From Chloroflexia bacterium (GTDB lineage Bacteria; Chloroflexota; Chloroflexia; DTKN01): a stretch of 64,000 nucleotides of DNA. Below the pieces are notes generated by a model. The model saw nothing but the letters and a program-made list of their open reading frames with translations, did not search any database and was not told the origin of the DNA. The translations under genes and the position numbers were made by a program. The first letter of the stretch is position 1, and each line of letters begins with the position of its first letter. This document shows positions 27,291-37,601 of the stretch, piece after piece. The DNA lies in contig JASFBA010000007.1 in NCBI GenBank assembly GCA_036172265.1, positions 2,077 through 66,076 on the forward strand, given 5' to 3'.

Positions 27291-29363
27291 CTACGGCTCG
27301 GCCGGCGCGGCTTCCTGGGGAGGGCGGTAGGGGAAGGAGACGATGGCTACGGTCCATTCGCCGTCACGTTGGAGGGAAAAGGTGCCCCCCAGATCGCGGG
27401 TGACCAGGGCCCGGACGATCTGCAGTCCTAGCCCACCCTCGCCTTCTACGCCTTCCTCCGGCCCCTGGCCGTCGTCCCGCACCTGAAGGACCACCTGCTG
27501 GTCGGCCAGGTAGGCGTCTATGACCACAGTACCCTGTTCCCGGTGGGCGAATCCGTGGGAGATGGCGTTGGAGAGGAGTTCGTTAACCACCAGAGCCAGC
27601 AAGGTGGCCTCTTTGGAACCGATGGGCAGGGCCGGCTCCTCAACGGCCTGACAGCGCAGGTTCAGGCCGGGTCGAATCAGGTGTGCGCTGGCCACTTCCA
27701 GCACCCGTCGGGCCACGGCCTGCACGGTGGTGACGCCGAGCGTTTCCTGGCAGAGGAGGTCATGGACGGCGGCGATGCTTTGGATGCGTGAGGCGCTTTC
27801 CAGGAGCAGGCGTATCCCACGGGGATCGCGCAAACGGCGCATCTGCATATTGATGAGCGAGGCCACAGCCTGCAAATTATTGCGCACCCGATGGTACATC
27901 TCTTGGAGGAGAGTGGACTTCATCTCCAGGGTCCGACGCAGTTCGCTGTAGAGACGGGCGTTCTCGATGGCTAGGGAAGCCTGGTCGGCGAAGATGCTCA
28001 GGAGGTCCACGGCTTCGGGGGAAAAGCCCTCCGGGCAATCGGTATGCAGGCAAAGGGTGCCCAAGGGTTCTTCTTTTCCTCGCAGGGGGATGCAGAGCAT
28101 GGCGGAAAATTCGGACCAGCGGGTTGCCTGTCCGGCCTCTGTCTCCTCGTTGGCGGAGATAACGATGGGCCGGCCGGCGGCGGCGATATGGGCATGAATG
28201 GCTTCGTTCCGCAGCCACCACCGGAGGCGGGCCGCCCGGTCGTCGTCCAGTCCCCAGAAGGCGACGACGGAAGGTTCATACTTCGGAGGAAGCCACTCCA
28301 CGATCACGGCCAGGTCGGCCTGCCCCAATTTGGCCGCCTGTTCGGCGATCAGGCCTAGCGTCTGTTCGAGTTCCAGGGTGCCGGCCACCATAGCCGAGAC
28401 CCGCTGGAGCGTGGTCAGTTCGTCCACCTTACGGCGCAGGCGCTGGTCGGTCTCCTGGTAGAGCCGGGCATTCTCCAGGGAGATGGCCATTTCCCCGGCC
28501 ACCGTTTCCAGGAACTTGATTTCCTCGGGCGTATAGGTGCGCACCTCGCGGGTACGCACGTTGATCACACCGACCAGTTTTTCCACCGTGTAGAGGACGA
28601 TGGGCACGGAGAGGAGGGATCGGTAGGGGTCTTCGTGCAGGATCGGTTCGTAGAGGAAGTGGGGGTCCTGGCGCACGTCGGCGACGGCGACCGGCCGGCC
28701 CTGCTGGGCGGCCCAGCCGGTAACCCCGTTTCCCAGCCGGATGCGCAGCCGGCCTTCGGCCTCCGGGTTGAGGCCGACGGAGGCGCCCAGGATGAGGGTC
28801 CCCCGCTCCGGTTCAAAGAGGTAGAGTTCACACACCTCCACCTGCATAACCTCGGCCACGGTACGCACGACCAGATGGAGCGTTTCATCCAGGTCCAGCG
28901 AGGAGTTGGCGGCGCTGATGACCTTGTGCAGGGCGGCCAGTTCGTTCATCCGGGCGGTCAGTTCCGCCGAACGGCGTTGGGCGGCGATTTCCTCACGGCC
29001 CTGGACATAGCCGGCCAGGAGTTCGGAGAAAAAAGCCAGGCGCACCGTTTCGGCCTGGACCTCTTCGCCCGCAGGGAGGGAACGGAGGTGGGTTGAGAGG
29101 GCACGGACGGCAGCGATGGACTGTTCGGCCAGGACGGATACGGGGTGTTCCTCCTCAGCCCAGCGCCGGCCCTCGGCCTGAAGGAGGGCGAGGGCCCGGG
29201 CCGGGTCGTCCTGAGCAAGGGACTGAGCCATCACCTCGAGCAGGCGGCCTGTCCCCTCCTGGCTTTCGGAGCGGGCCTGGTCCAGGGCCTGAAGCAGAAG
29301 GCTACGGGCCTGGGGTGAAAGTTCCTGCACGGCATTCCCTAGGACGCACCGATCCTGATCCAC
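27291..29363 (-). CDS. Two-GAF sensor histidine kinase (HisKA_2 / PdtaS-like)
   Basis: Two GAF domains each ending ENARLY; H box HRVRNNLQ; [20 protein letters not shown]; start codon uncertain. Confidence 0.85.
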   Translation of the reverse strand: MDQDRCVLGNAVQELSPQARSLLLQALDQARSESQEGTGRLLEVMAQSLAQDDPARALALLQAEGRRWAEEEHPVSVLAEQSIAAVRALSTHLRSLPAGEEVQAETVRLAFFSELLAGYVQGREEIAAQRRSAELTARMNELAALHKVISAANSSLDLDETLHLVVRTVAEVMQVEVCELYLFEPERGTLILGASVGLNPEAEGRLRIRLGNGVTGWAAQQGRPVAVADVRQDPHFLYEPILHEDPYRSLLSVPIVLYTVEKLVGVINVRTREVRTYTPEEIKFLETVAGEMAISLENARLYQETDQRLRRKVDELTTLQRVSAMVAGTLELEQTLGLIAEQAAKLGQADLAVIVEWLPPKYEPSVVAFWGLDDDRAARLRWWLRNEAIHAHIAAAGRPIVISANEETEAGQATRWSEFSAMLCIPLRGKEEPLGTLCLHTDCPEGFSPEAVDLLSIFADQASLAIENARLYSELRRTLEMKSTLLQEMYHRVRNNLQAVASLINMQMRRLRDPRGIRLLLESASRIQSIAAVHDLLCQETLGVTTVQAVARRVLEVASAHLIRPGLNLRCQAVEEPALPIGSKEATLLALVVNELLSNAISHGFAHREQGTVVIDAYLADQQVVLQVRDDGQGPEEGVEGEGGLGLQIVRALVTRDLGGTFSLQRDGEWTVAIVSFPYRPPQEAAPAEP

Positions 29364-29422
29364 AGGCACACCTCTGTGCAAACTCCAACGGCGGAGAAAC
29401 CACAACCGTTGTGGCTAAAGCT

Positions 29423-29492
29423 ATTATACCGCAGGTGGAGAAGGCTGGCAAGAAAACCTTTATTTGACGCCTTCAGCAAGTGCCGGTATAAT
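29423..29492. promoter_or_regulatory. Back-to-back divergent sigma70 promoters
   Basis: Plus: TTGACG(29464)-17-TATAAT(29487) for rpmH. Minus: TTGCCA(29451)-17-TATAAT(29428) for the kinase. Confidence 0.7.
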
Positions 29493-29558
29493 AGGGTATC
29501 TATGGAAACTTGGCCCGGAGGAGTGCATCCGGGTGTAAAACGTCTTGTGGGGGGCACA

Positions 29559-29720
29559 ATGCCAAAACGAACATACCAGCCCAAGGTTCTGCGCCGTCTG
29601 CGCAAGCACGGCTTTCGTGCCCGCATGAAGACGGCGGCCGGCCGTAAGGTGCTCAGGTCCCGCGCCCTGAAGGGACGCTGGCGGCTCACCGTGAGCGAGG
29701 AGCCGCGTGGACGTAAATAG
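29559..29720 (+). CDS. rpmH: 50S ribosomal protein L34
   Basis: MPKRTYQP...HGFRARM...GR. Confidence 0.95.
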   Translation: MPKRTYQPKVLRRLRKHGFRARMKTAAGRKVLRSRALKGRWRLTVSEEPRGRK

Positions 29721-29795
29721 GGTCGCACCACGGTGCGGCCAAACGCTTCGGAAGCGCCAGGTTGCACCACAGTGTGGCCGGATCGGGAGCCCGGG

Positions 29796-30152
29796 GTGGA
29801 ACGTCGCTACCGTTTGCGCGGGAGGAAACGTTTTCAGGAGGTTCGTGAACAAGGCCGACGTTGGGTCCACCCCCTAGTTGTGCTGGGAGGGCTTCCGAAC
29901 GAGGTTGGAGTTACCCGGTGTGGTTTCATCGTCAGCCACAGGCTGGGCGACGCCGTAGTGCGCAACCGTATTCGGCGGCGGTTGCGGGAGGCGGTGCGAT
30001 TGTGCTACCACCAGATTCGGCCGGGGTGGGACCTGGTCTGGATTGCCCGTCCACCGATCGGCCAGGCCGACTTTCCGGCCATCTCCGCCGCGGTGGAGGC
30101 GCTTTTGCAACAGGCCGGCCTGTGGGATGCCGGCGAGGATAGCGGTGCGTAA
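29796..30152 (+). CDS. rnpA: Ribonuclease P protein component
   Basis: GFIVS...[13 protein letters not shown] (RNR motif); position after rpmH. Confidence 0.92.
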   Translation: MERRYRLRGRKRFQEVREQGRRWVHPLVVLGGLPNEVGVTRCGFIVSHRLGDAVVRNRIRRRLREAVRLCYHQIRPGWDLVWIARPPIGQADFPAISAAVEALLQQAGLWDAGEDSGA

Positions 30153-30354
30153 GGTTGCGCTTCTCCTGATCCGGCTGTACCAGCGGACACTCTCGCAGGT
30201 CCTCCCTCCGACCTGCCGCTTCGTCCCCTCCTGCTCGGAGTACGGCTACCAGGCGATTGCCCGGTACGGCATCCTGAAAGGAGGCTGGCTGGCGCTTTGC
30301 CGAATCGCCCGCTGTCATCCGTTTCACCCTGGAGGATACGATCCGGTGCCCTGA
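30145..30354 (+). CDS. yidD: Membrane protein insertion efficiency factor
   Basis: [24 protein letters not shown]. Confidence 0.93.
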   Translation: MRKVALLLIRLYQRTLSQVLPPTCRFVPSCSEYGYQAIARYGILKGGWLALCRIARCHPFHPGGYDPVP

Positions 30355-30374
30355 GGGGCAGGAGGTTTCGATCG

Positions 30375-31361
30375 TTGGGTACCATCTGGAACGGTTTTGT
30401 CGTTGCTCTGGAAGAAACGTTAAAGTTCTTCTGGCAAATCACCGGGCAGGACGCCGCGCTGGCCATCGTTCTCTTCACCATCGCCGTCAAGGTGGTCCTC
30501 CTTCCGCTGACGGCAAGCCAGTTGCGCTCGACGCGGGAGATGCAGAAACTTCAACCCAAGGTGCGGGAACTGCAGAACCGCTACAAAAAAGACCGTCAGA
30601 AATTGAACGAGGAACTGATGAAGTTGTATCGGGAGCATGGGGTCAACCCGGCGGCCGGTTGTCTCCCTTCCCTGCTGCAATTTCCCATCTTCTTCGGGGT
30701 TTACTTCGCCATCCTGAACCTCACCCGGTCCCTGGGACTGAGCACCCTCCTGGGGCGCTGGGTTGGCTTCTCCAGCGCAGAACTTCTAGGGCTGGGGGCG
30801 ATCCCGGCCAACATCCAGGAAGGCCTTTCCCACGGCCTCCTGGCCCACCAGGCCGTCCTGTGGATGGAGAGCCTGGGCAAGCCCGATCCCTTGCACATCC
30901 TCCCCATCCTGGCCGGTGTCCTGCAACTTTTACAGCAGAAGATGATGACCCCTCGCGACGCCGATCCCCAACAGGCGGCGATGAATAACGCTATGCTCTT
31001 TATGCCGCTCATGATCGTCTTCATCGGCTGGACCTTCCCGGCTGGCCCGGTGCTCTACTGGGTGATCCAGAGTTTCCTGGGCATCATCCAACAGTACCTG
31101 ACCTCCGGCTGGGGGTCGCTCAAGGACTGGCTGCCCTTCCTGCCTGAGCGAAAGGTTGCCGAACGACCCAGACGTGCTTCTCCGCAACGTTCCCCAGAGG
31201 AGCGGCCACGCGGCTGGTTCGCTCGCTGGGTGGACCGGATGCTCACTCTTCAGGAGGAGGTTGCCCGAAAGGAAGGCCTCGCCGGGTCGGGAGAAAGTTC
31301 CCCGGAGACAACGCCGCCTGCTCCGCCTCCTGTGCCGAGGAAGCGCCGTAGCAGCCGTTGA
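30375..31361 (+). CDS. yidC: Membrane protein insertase YidC/Oxa1
   Basis: MQKLQP, GVNPAAGCLP, QFPIF, LYW; operon position; TTG start after GGAGG. Confidence 0.9.
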   Translation: MGTIWNGFVVALEETLKFFWQITGQDAALAIVLFTIAVKVVLLPLTASQLRSTREMQKLQPKVRELQNRYKKDRQKLNEELMKLYREHGVNPAAGCLPSLLQFPIFFGVYFAILNLTRSLGLSTLLGRWVGFSSAELLGLGAIPANIQEGLSHGLLAHQAVLWMESLGKPDPLHILPILAGVLQLLQQKMMTPRDADPQQAAMNNAMLFMPLMIVFIGWTFPAGPVLYWVIQSFLGIIQQYLTSGWGSLKDWLPFLPERKVAERPRRASPQRSPEERPRGWFARWVDRMLTLQEEVARKEGLAGSGESSPETTPPAPPPVPRKRRSSR

Positions 31362-31373
31362 GAGGAGGCGCAA

Positions 31374-32060
31374 ATGAAGCAAGGCATCACCATTCGCGCC
31401 CAGACGGTGGAGGAAGCCGTCCGTCTGGCCCTAGAGCACCTGGGGTTATCCCGCGAAGAGGTCGAAGTTCGGGTGCTGGAGGAGCCCGGGGCCGGGCCGG
31501 CCGGCAGCGAAGAAGCCCTTGTCCAGGTGACCCCCCTGGTGTCTCCGCCGGAGGAAGAAGTTGATCCCCGGCAGGTCGGCCTGGAGGTGTTGGGCGAACT
31601 CCTACGTCATATGGGAATGCAGGCCTACCTCAGCATCGGGGAGTATGCCGTCGAGCCGGGGGAGGCCCGGCCGATCCTGGAGGTGACGACAACGAACGAG
31701 CGCGACTCGGGGTTGCTCATCGGCCGGCGGGGAGAAACTCTGAACCGGCTGCAGTTCCTGGTTAACCTGCTGGTCAACCGGAAGTTGCATCGTTGGCCCG
31801 GCCTGCTGGTAGATGTGGAGCACTACCGGCGGAGGCGCGATGCCTCCCTGCAGGATCTGGCCCGCCGCATGGCCGAACGGGTCATCCGTACCCGACAGCC
31901 GATCACCCTGGAGCCGATGCCGGCCTACGAACGCCGTATCATCCACCTGGCTCTGCGGGATAACTCCCAGGTGACCACCCAGAGCACCGGCGAAGGGGAT
32001 AGCCGCAAGGTGGTCATCTATCCGGCCGGATGGGAACTTTCCCCGACTTCCTCGTCATAG
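31374..32060 (+). CDS. jag: Jag/EloR RNA-binding protein (Jag_N, KH, R3H)
   Basis: TVEEAV, LIGRRGETL, ERRIIH, STGEG. Confidence 0.92.
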   Translation: MKQGITIRAQTVEEAVRLALEHLGLSREEVEVRVLEEPGAGPAGSEEALVQVTPLVSPPEEEVDPRQVGLEVLGELLRHMGMQAYLSIGEYAVEPGEARPILEVTTTNERDSGLLIGRRGETLNRLQFLVNLLVNRKLHRWPGLLVDVEHYRRRRDASLQDLARRMAERVIRTRQPITLEPMPAYERRIIHLALRDNSQVTTQSTGEGDSRKVVIYPAGWELSPTSSS

Positions 32061-32899
32061 GGCACGTCACGCATGATCTTCAGCCGGACGGCACCCTCCG
32101 GCCGGGCGGCACCGCCCTCTATGCTGCACTTGCGGCGGCTCGCCTGGGCTATCGAGTGGCGCTCTACACCGCCGCTGCTCCGACCGGAGCGGAGACGTGG
32201 TTGGTTCCCTTGCATCAGGCCGGAGTCGAAGTGATGTGTCGTCCATCTCCCGTCACTACCACTTTCCGGAACTGCTATCGCGCCGGCCGTCGCCAGCAGA
32301 GGATTCTCCACCGGGCCGAAGCATTGCCCCGGGAGGAGCTGCCGACCGGTTGGGAGAGGGTTCCTTTGGTCCTTCTGGGCCCGGTGGCTGGGGAAGTTTC
32401 GCCGGCCTGGGTCGAACGCTTCCCCTGCTCCCGAATCGGGGCCTGCCTGCAGGGCTGGCTCCGTGGTTGGGGAACTTCCGGGTGGGTGCATTTCGTCCCC
32501 TGGGCCGGGGCGAAGCGTTACCTGCCTTTCCTGAGCGCGGCTTTTTTGAGCGAGGAAGATGTACGGCCGCGGCCGGACCTGGTCCAGGAGTATGCCGCCC
32601 TCTGCCCGCTCCTCATTTTGACGCGGGGAAGGGAGGGGGCCCTCCTTTTCCATGGCAGTCGGCCGGAGGAGATTCCTGCTTTCCCGGCGGTCGAGGTGGA
32701 CCCAACCGGTGCGGGCGATGTCTTTGCCGCCGCTTTTCTCCTGCGCCTGGCCGAGGGGGCGGAGGAGAGAGAAGCGGCACGCTTTGCCGCCGCTGCCGCC
32801 GCCCTGAGCGTGCAGGGGCTGGGGGCTGAGGCCGTCCCCGACCGGCCGGCCGTCGAGCGTCTTTTGTGGGGGGAAGAAGGTGTGGACGTTCCTGCGTAA
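32030..32899 (+). CDS. PfkB family carbohydrate kinase
   Basis: GGTALYAA; DPTGAGDVFAAAF signature. Confidence 0.88.
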   Translation: MGTFPDFLVIGHVTHDLQPDGTLRPGGTALYAALAAARLGYRVALYTAAAPTGAETWLVPLHQAGVEVMCRPSPVTTTFRNCYRAGRRQQRILHRAEALPREELPTGWERVPLVLLGPVAGEVSPAWVERFPCSRIGACLQGWLRGWGTSGWVHFVPWAGAKRYLPFLSAAFLSEEDVRPRPDLVQEYAALCPLLILTRGREGALLFHGSRPEEIPAFPAVEVDPTGAGDVFAAAFLLRLAEGAEEREAARFAAAAAALSVQGLGAEAVPDRPAVERLLWGEEGVDVPA

Positions 32900-34493
32900 C
32901 TTGCGCTTTCTGCCCCGCTATCTGCGTCTGGCCTGGGTCCTGGCTCGACATCTCCTGGGCGAGATGGCCCGGCGAATCGTACTGCGTCGCCGGCCGCTCC
33001 GTCGTCCCCTGCTCTGCCGGGCGCTTGTGGACCTGGGGCCGGCCTACATCCTCCTGGGGCGCCATCTGTGCCGGCGGACCGACCTTTTGTCGGCCGAGGT
33101 GTGCCGGGAACTGGCCGGCCTGCCGGAGGGCGGGTCACCGATGCCCTGGGAAGAGGTGCGTCGGGTTGTGGAGGAGGAACTGGGCCGGCCGCTGGAGGCG
33201 AATTTCTCCGAATTCTCTCCGCAACCCTGGCGGTGTACCTGGCTGGAGCAGATCCACTCCGCCCGCCGGCCGGATGGCGAGGAGGTGTGGGTTTACGTGC
33301 CGAACCCGGCGGTCCGCCTCCACCTGGGACGGGAACGGGCCTTTTTCCGCGAGGTCGCCCGTTGGCTCGATGGGCGTCGGCCGGCGGGCGGAGACGGGCC
33401 GGCCGGCCGGGCCCTGGCCCTGTGGGAGGAAGTCATGCGCCAGAGGCAGGATGCGCGGGAACGGGGCCGCAACGCCGAGCGCTGGCAGGGGCTTGGGGGA
33501 GGTTCCGGGCCGATGGCCTTTCCCACTGTGGACTGGGAACGCACCGGCGTCCATCTCCTGACCTGTCGGGCCCGGCCGGCCGGCCCGCTGGGGAAGTGGG
33601 CCGCCACCTGTCCGGGGGACTCCGAGACCCCCCTTCACCTCCTGTACCGCTTCTACGGCCGAGCCGTCTTCGAGCACGGCTTTTACCCGGCGCTGCCCGA
33701 GGCGGAAGATTTCCTGGTGCAGGAGGACGGCCGGCCTGTCTACATTGCCCTGTCTCCGGTCGGCCGGCTGGATCGCGCTGTCCGCCGCTTGCTCCTGCGC
33801 CTGTTGGAGAGCTTTTTCCTGGGGGAGGAGATGGAGGTTCTGGAAGCAGCGGCTGCGCTGGGGCTTCTGGAAAAGGGCCGGCCGGCCGGGCCGTTCCGCC
33901 AGGCAGTACGGCATCTATTCGACCGTTATCAGGACATCCTGCCGGCCGAGGTGCGTTTTGAGGAGATTGCCCGCGACCTTCTGGCGCTGGCCGGCCGGGG
34001 TGTCCTGATGTTGTCGAACGAGATGCTTCTTCTCCTCCTTACCTTGTGGAATGTGGAGGAAATCGGGCGTAGCCTGGCCCCTCAGGTGAGCCTGCTTCAG
34101 GAGATGGCCGAGCCGCTCCAGGCATCCATCGCTGCCCAGCATTCCTGGACGGTTCGGGGCGAGCGTCTGCTGCGGGCCGGCCGGTCCTGGCTGGAGGCGC
34201 TGGCCGATTTCCCGGAGGAGGCGGGCCGCCTTCTGTGGATGGTAGGGGAAGGGGACTGGCAACTCGGTATGGAAGTGCGCAACTGGGAGAAGCCGGTGCG
34301 CCGGCTGGAGCGGATGGCCAACCGACTGGTGTTGAGCATTTTAGGGGCCGGCCTGGCCATCGCCCTGACCCTTCTCCTGACGGTTCTCCTCCCTGCCGGG
34401 AGCGTCTGGGGCTGGATCTCGGCCGGCCTAGTTCTGTTCTCCCTTTTCGTCCTAGCCCTGCTGCTCCTGGCCTCCTTCCTGACCCGGTCGTAG
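32880..34493 (+). CDS. ABC1/UbiB family atypical kinase-like protein with degenerate catalytic motifs
   Basis: UbiB layout (LGPAYI, RTDLL, EEELGRP, C-terminal TM pair); KxGQ, VK, HAD and DFG motifs all substituted. Confidence 0.75.
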   Translation: MWTFLRNLRFLPRYLRLAWVLARHLLGEMARRIVLRRRPLRRPLLCRALVDLGPAYILLGRHLCRRTDLLSAEVCRELAGLPEGGSPMPWEEVRRVVEEELGRPLEANFSEFSPQPWRCTWLEQIHSARRPDGEEVWVYVPNPAVRLHLGRERAFFREVARWLDGRRPAGGDGPAGRALALWEEVMRQRQDARERGRNAERWQGLGGGSGPMAFPTVDWERTGVHLLTCRARPAGPLGKWAATCPGDSETPLHLLYRFYGRAVFEHGFYPALPEAEDFLVQEDGRPVYIALSPVGRLDRAVRRLLLRLLESFFLGEEMEVLEAAAALGLLEKGRPAGPFRQAVRHLFDRYQDILPAEVRFEEIARDLLALAGRGVLMLSNEMLLLLLTLWNVEEIGRSLAPQVSLLQEMAEPLQASIAAQHSWTVRGERLLRAGRSWLEALADFPEEAGRLLWMVGEGDWQLGMEVRNWEKPVRRLERMANRLVLSILGAGLAIALTLLLTVLLPAGSVWGWISAGLVLFSLFVLALLLLASFLTRS

Positions 34494-34686
34494 AGGCGAC
34501 CCGGTGGGCCACCCCGACTACCGCACTAGACACCGGCAAATTAGCCTATGTCACCATTGCTTATCGCCCGTGCTGCACCGAGGTGCCGTTCCGCCGGCGA
34601 TTTCCCTGCCCGAAGGCCCCGGGGGAACAGTGGGGGGGGCGGATTCTGAACCCGCCTCCCCCACCGGGCAAGATTCGGAGTCCGCA
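34490..34686. repeat. Degenerate REP-like palindromes between convergent genes
   Basis: GTAGAGGCGACCCGGTGGGCCACCC at 34490; GGCGGATTCTGAACCCGCC near 34637. Confidence 0.4.
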
Positions 34687-34699
34687 GCCGTAGTTGCCT

Positions 34700-36943
34700 C
34701 TACCGCGAGCGCTGGAGGGTGATGTTCAGTTCATAGGGCGATTCCATGTCTTCGGGGACGGCAATATCGTCCTCGGCGATGGGGTCATACCCTTGGGCCC
34801 CGATGATGATGCTGTAGCTTTCGCCGCGGACCAACGGAGCCGAGAGTTGGTAATTCCCCTGGCGGTCGGCCTGGCCGTAGGCGTAGACCTCCTCCATCGT
34901 CCCCTGGAATTCGGCGATGGTGATGCCGGGCTGCAGGACCAGGAAGACGGCCCCGGGGATACCTCGGCCGGTGTCGGCATCGGTGATGCGGCCGTAGATC
35001 TCCACACCTACCTGGGTCGGGGTGGGGGTGGGCGTAGGCTGGCCGGCCGTGCCGACGGTGCATTCGCCGCTCTGCACCCGTTGCCCCTCGACAAAGAGTT
35101 CGAGTAAGTACTGCCCATCGGGAAGGCCGTCCTCGCTGTTTATGCCAACCCACCAGTTGCCGCTTTCGCCGCCTTCCCAGACGTCATCGGCCTCTACCAC
35201 CACCTCGCCGTTTATAGACCAGCGCCGGGTCCAGTTCCAGCCGTCCTGCATCCCCTGGTAGTCGAAAAAGCCGTAGAGTTCGGTGATGCCGCTTTTGAAG
35301 ACGGTGCCCGGCCGCACCGGGCGGTCGTTGCGGTCCACCCCCTCGGCGAAGGTGATGGGGCCGAAGAGGCCGGCCGCTCCACCCTTGGTTCCGCCGATAA
35401 GGAAATCGGCGGTAGCCGCCAGTTTGTCGGCGATGTAGAGTTCCAGGCGGTAGGTGCCGGCCGGCAGGCCTTGGCGGCTGGTCAACGGAAGGGAGGTCGT
35501 CCCAGAGGCGCGGGAGAAGGGCTGGCCGTCGCCCCGGGCGGCTTCCTTCCCCTCATAATACCAGATGTACGACCACCGGGTCTGGCGGGTCATGTCGGCA
35601 TACTCCACGCTGGCCTCCACCTCGGTGAGCCCCTCCGGGAGGAGATAGCCCTCCACCCCGCCGCCGGAGAAGGAGAGGTTGCGGAAGGTGGGTACGGCCT
35701 GGGCTTTGCCGCCGACTTTGACCTGAGCAGAAGCGATTTCCCGCCGGTCATAGTATAGGAGGAACTCATAGGTGCCGTCTTCCAGCGGTTCGTTGTAGAT
35801 GCTGATCCACCAGGTTCCTTTCGGGCCGCCGTTCCAGTTGCCCAGCGGCCACACGTCCGAGTAGACCTCCCCCTCATAGACCAGCACCGGCTGCCAGGGC
35901 GCGCCGTCCTGGAAGTTCTCATAGTCGAAGAAGAGGTAAATCTCCTTGGTCCCGGAGGGGAAGGAATCCACCACCGTAACCGGCTGATCGGAGTCGTTTG
36001 CCGCCGGGGCAAAGAAGATCCGGCCGACCGAGGCCTTTCCGGCCGGCGGCTTGGGCTGGGGCTGCGGCGCAGGCCGAGGGGCCGGCTGCGGATCCAGCCC
36101 GCGTCGGGCGGCTTCGATAAGCGGCTGGGCCAGGTTCACCGGACGCAGGGCGTTAATAAAGCCGCCCATCGGCACGCAGGTATCCTGCTCGTCAATGACA
36201 CCGTCGCCGTTCGTATCGGCGATGCGCCGGCAGTCCACGATGCGGTCGGTGCTGCCGGCCCCGCCCTGGGTGGGGACGCCGACCAGTTCCCCTTTGTCAT
36301 TGACCGCCGTGCCGCCGCTATTTCCTCCGGCGATGGTGGCATCGGTCTTGATCCAGGCCCGGCCGGAGATGCCCTGCTCGCGGGAGAATCCGCTCACCTT
36401 GCCGCTCGTGTAGGTGATCGTCTCCCCGCCGATGCCCGGGTAGCCGAAGATGAAGAGGTCGTCGCCGATCTCCAGGAGGTCGGAATCGCCCAGTAGGAGC
36501 GCCGGCAAGTTGAGTTTATCCGGGTCCACTGCTGTGCCGTTGAGGAGGTGGGTTATCTGAATCACTGCCAGGTCCAGGTTCGGATCGTATTGGACGACCT
36601 CGGCCCGGTAAGTCGGATCGGGCGGTTCGTCGGAACGGGTGGTCAGGGCGACGATCAGGAAGTCGTAATCGAACTGCGGGTCATCCCACATCGCCCGGGG
36701 CAGGGCCACGTGGCAGTTGGTCAAGATCAGGCCATCGGGGGTGACGATAGTCCCTGAGCCGGTCCATTTGGGCTCGACCCGATTGCGTCCCACCTGTTCC
36801 ACGGCGATGATCTGGACCACCGACTTGAGCACCTGTCGGCGCAGCGGGGTGCTGAGGTCGGCCTGGGCCGGCCGGGGAAGCAAGGGGAAGAGGGGCAAAA
36901 GCAGGGCCAGGATGAGGCCCAACCGGAAAAGGAAGCGTTTCAT
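34700..36943 (-). CDS. Secreted trypsin-like serine protease with three tandem beta-rich modules
   Basis: Signal peptide (AQA-D); triad TNCHV / DLAVI / GGNSGG; DTNGDGVIDEQD Ca-binding loop; three ~110-aa repeats; C-terminal carboxypeptidase-regulatory-like domain. Confidence 0.85.
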   Translation of the reverse strand: MKRFLFRLGLILALLLPLFPLLPRPAQADLSTPLRRQVLKSVVQIIAVEQVGRNRVEPKWTGSGTIVTPDGLILTNCHVALPRAMWDDPQFDYDFLIVALTTRSDEPPDPTYRAEVVQYDPNLDLAVIQITHLLNGTAVDPDKLNLPALLLGDSDLLEIGDDLFIFGYPGIGGETITYTSGKVSGFSREQGISGRAWIKTDATIAGGNSGGTAVNDKGELVGVPTQGGAGSTDRIVDCRRIADTNGDGVIDEQDTCVPMGGFINALRPVNLAQPLIEAARRGLDPQPAPRPAPQPQPKPPAGKASVGRIFFAPAANDSDQPVTVVDSFPSGTKEIYLFFDYENFQDGAPWQPVLVYEGEVYSDVWPLGNWNGGPKGTWWISIYNEPLEDGTYEFLLYYDRREIASAQVKVGGKAQAVPTFRNLSFSGGGVEGYLLPEGLTEVEASVEYADMTRQTRWSYIWYYEGKEAARGDGQPFSRASGTTSLPLTSRQGLPAGTYRLELYIADKLAATADFLIGGTKGGAAGLFGPITFAEGVDRNDRPVRPGTVFKSGITELYGFFDYQGMQDGWNWTRRWSINGEVVVEADDVWEGGESGNWWVGINSEDGLPDGQYLLELFVEGQRVQSGECTVGTAGQPTPTPTPTQVGVEIYGRITDADTGRGIPGAVFLVLQPGITIAEFQGTMEEVYAYGQADRQGNYQLSAPLVRGESYSIIIGAQGYDPIAEDDIAVPEDMESPYELNITLQRSR

Positions 36944-36975
36944 CGTATCCTCCTGGCCGGGTTATCCCGGCCCGC

Positions 36976-37590
36976 CTATTCCTCGCGGAAAGAGCGTACC
37001 AGGGCCAGGAAAAGTCCCTGGGCCCGGGCATAGTTTTCCTCGGCGGCGGTGAGGGTAAGGATGTAAACCCCCGCCTTTCCGACGAAGAGGTAATCCTCGC
37101 CATGCATCACCACCGGCAGCGAAATCCGGAACGGGTCGGGTTCCATCTCCACGTAGGCGAAGGTGACGTGGAGACCTTCCCATCCATTGACCCGAACATC
37201 CCTGTCGAGAGACAGTTCGCGGTAGCCGGCCCACTCACCGGAGCGCCGCTCGATGGTCAGGTCACGCTGGACGACGCCGAGGGGGTCGTGCTGGGGCAGC
37301 GGCCGGCGCTGGAGGGTGATGGTGCTGCGGGTCGGGGTTGCGCCGAGGTCTTCTACCTGGAAGAGGTAAGGGGGCTGGAGGCCGGTCTGGCGCACCCAGC
37401 CGGCCGGGTAGTTCAGCCGGAAGCCGTCCCCCCGATACTCCACGGAACGCGACTCGGCCAGCACCCTGAGCACCGCGCCGATCGCCAGGGCGAAGACAAA
37501 GACGCCGACGACGATCCAGGCCACCCAGCGGTCACGCTGCCGGGCCCGGGCTCGAACCTCCATTGCGGTAACGACGGGCATTTCGCTCAT
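36976..37590 (-). CDS. Membrane-anchored hypothetical protein, PsbP/DcrB-like
   Basis: One TM helix, then FRLNYPAGW and YILTLTA...F patterns typical of PsbP-like folds. Confidence 0.55.
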   Translation of the reverse strand: MSEMPVVTAMEVRARARQRDRWVAWIVVGVFVFALAIGAVLRVLAESRSVEYRGDGFRLNYPAGWVRQTGLQPPYLFQVEDLGATPTRSTITLQRRPLPQHDPLGVVQRDLTIERRSGEWAGYRELSLDRDVRVNGWEGLHVTFAYVEMEPDPFRISLPVVMHGEDYLFVGKAGVYILTLTAAEENYARAQGLFLALVRSFREE

Positions 37591-37601
37591 GGCTGTGCTC
37601 C

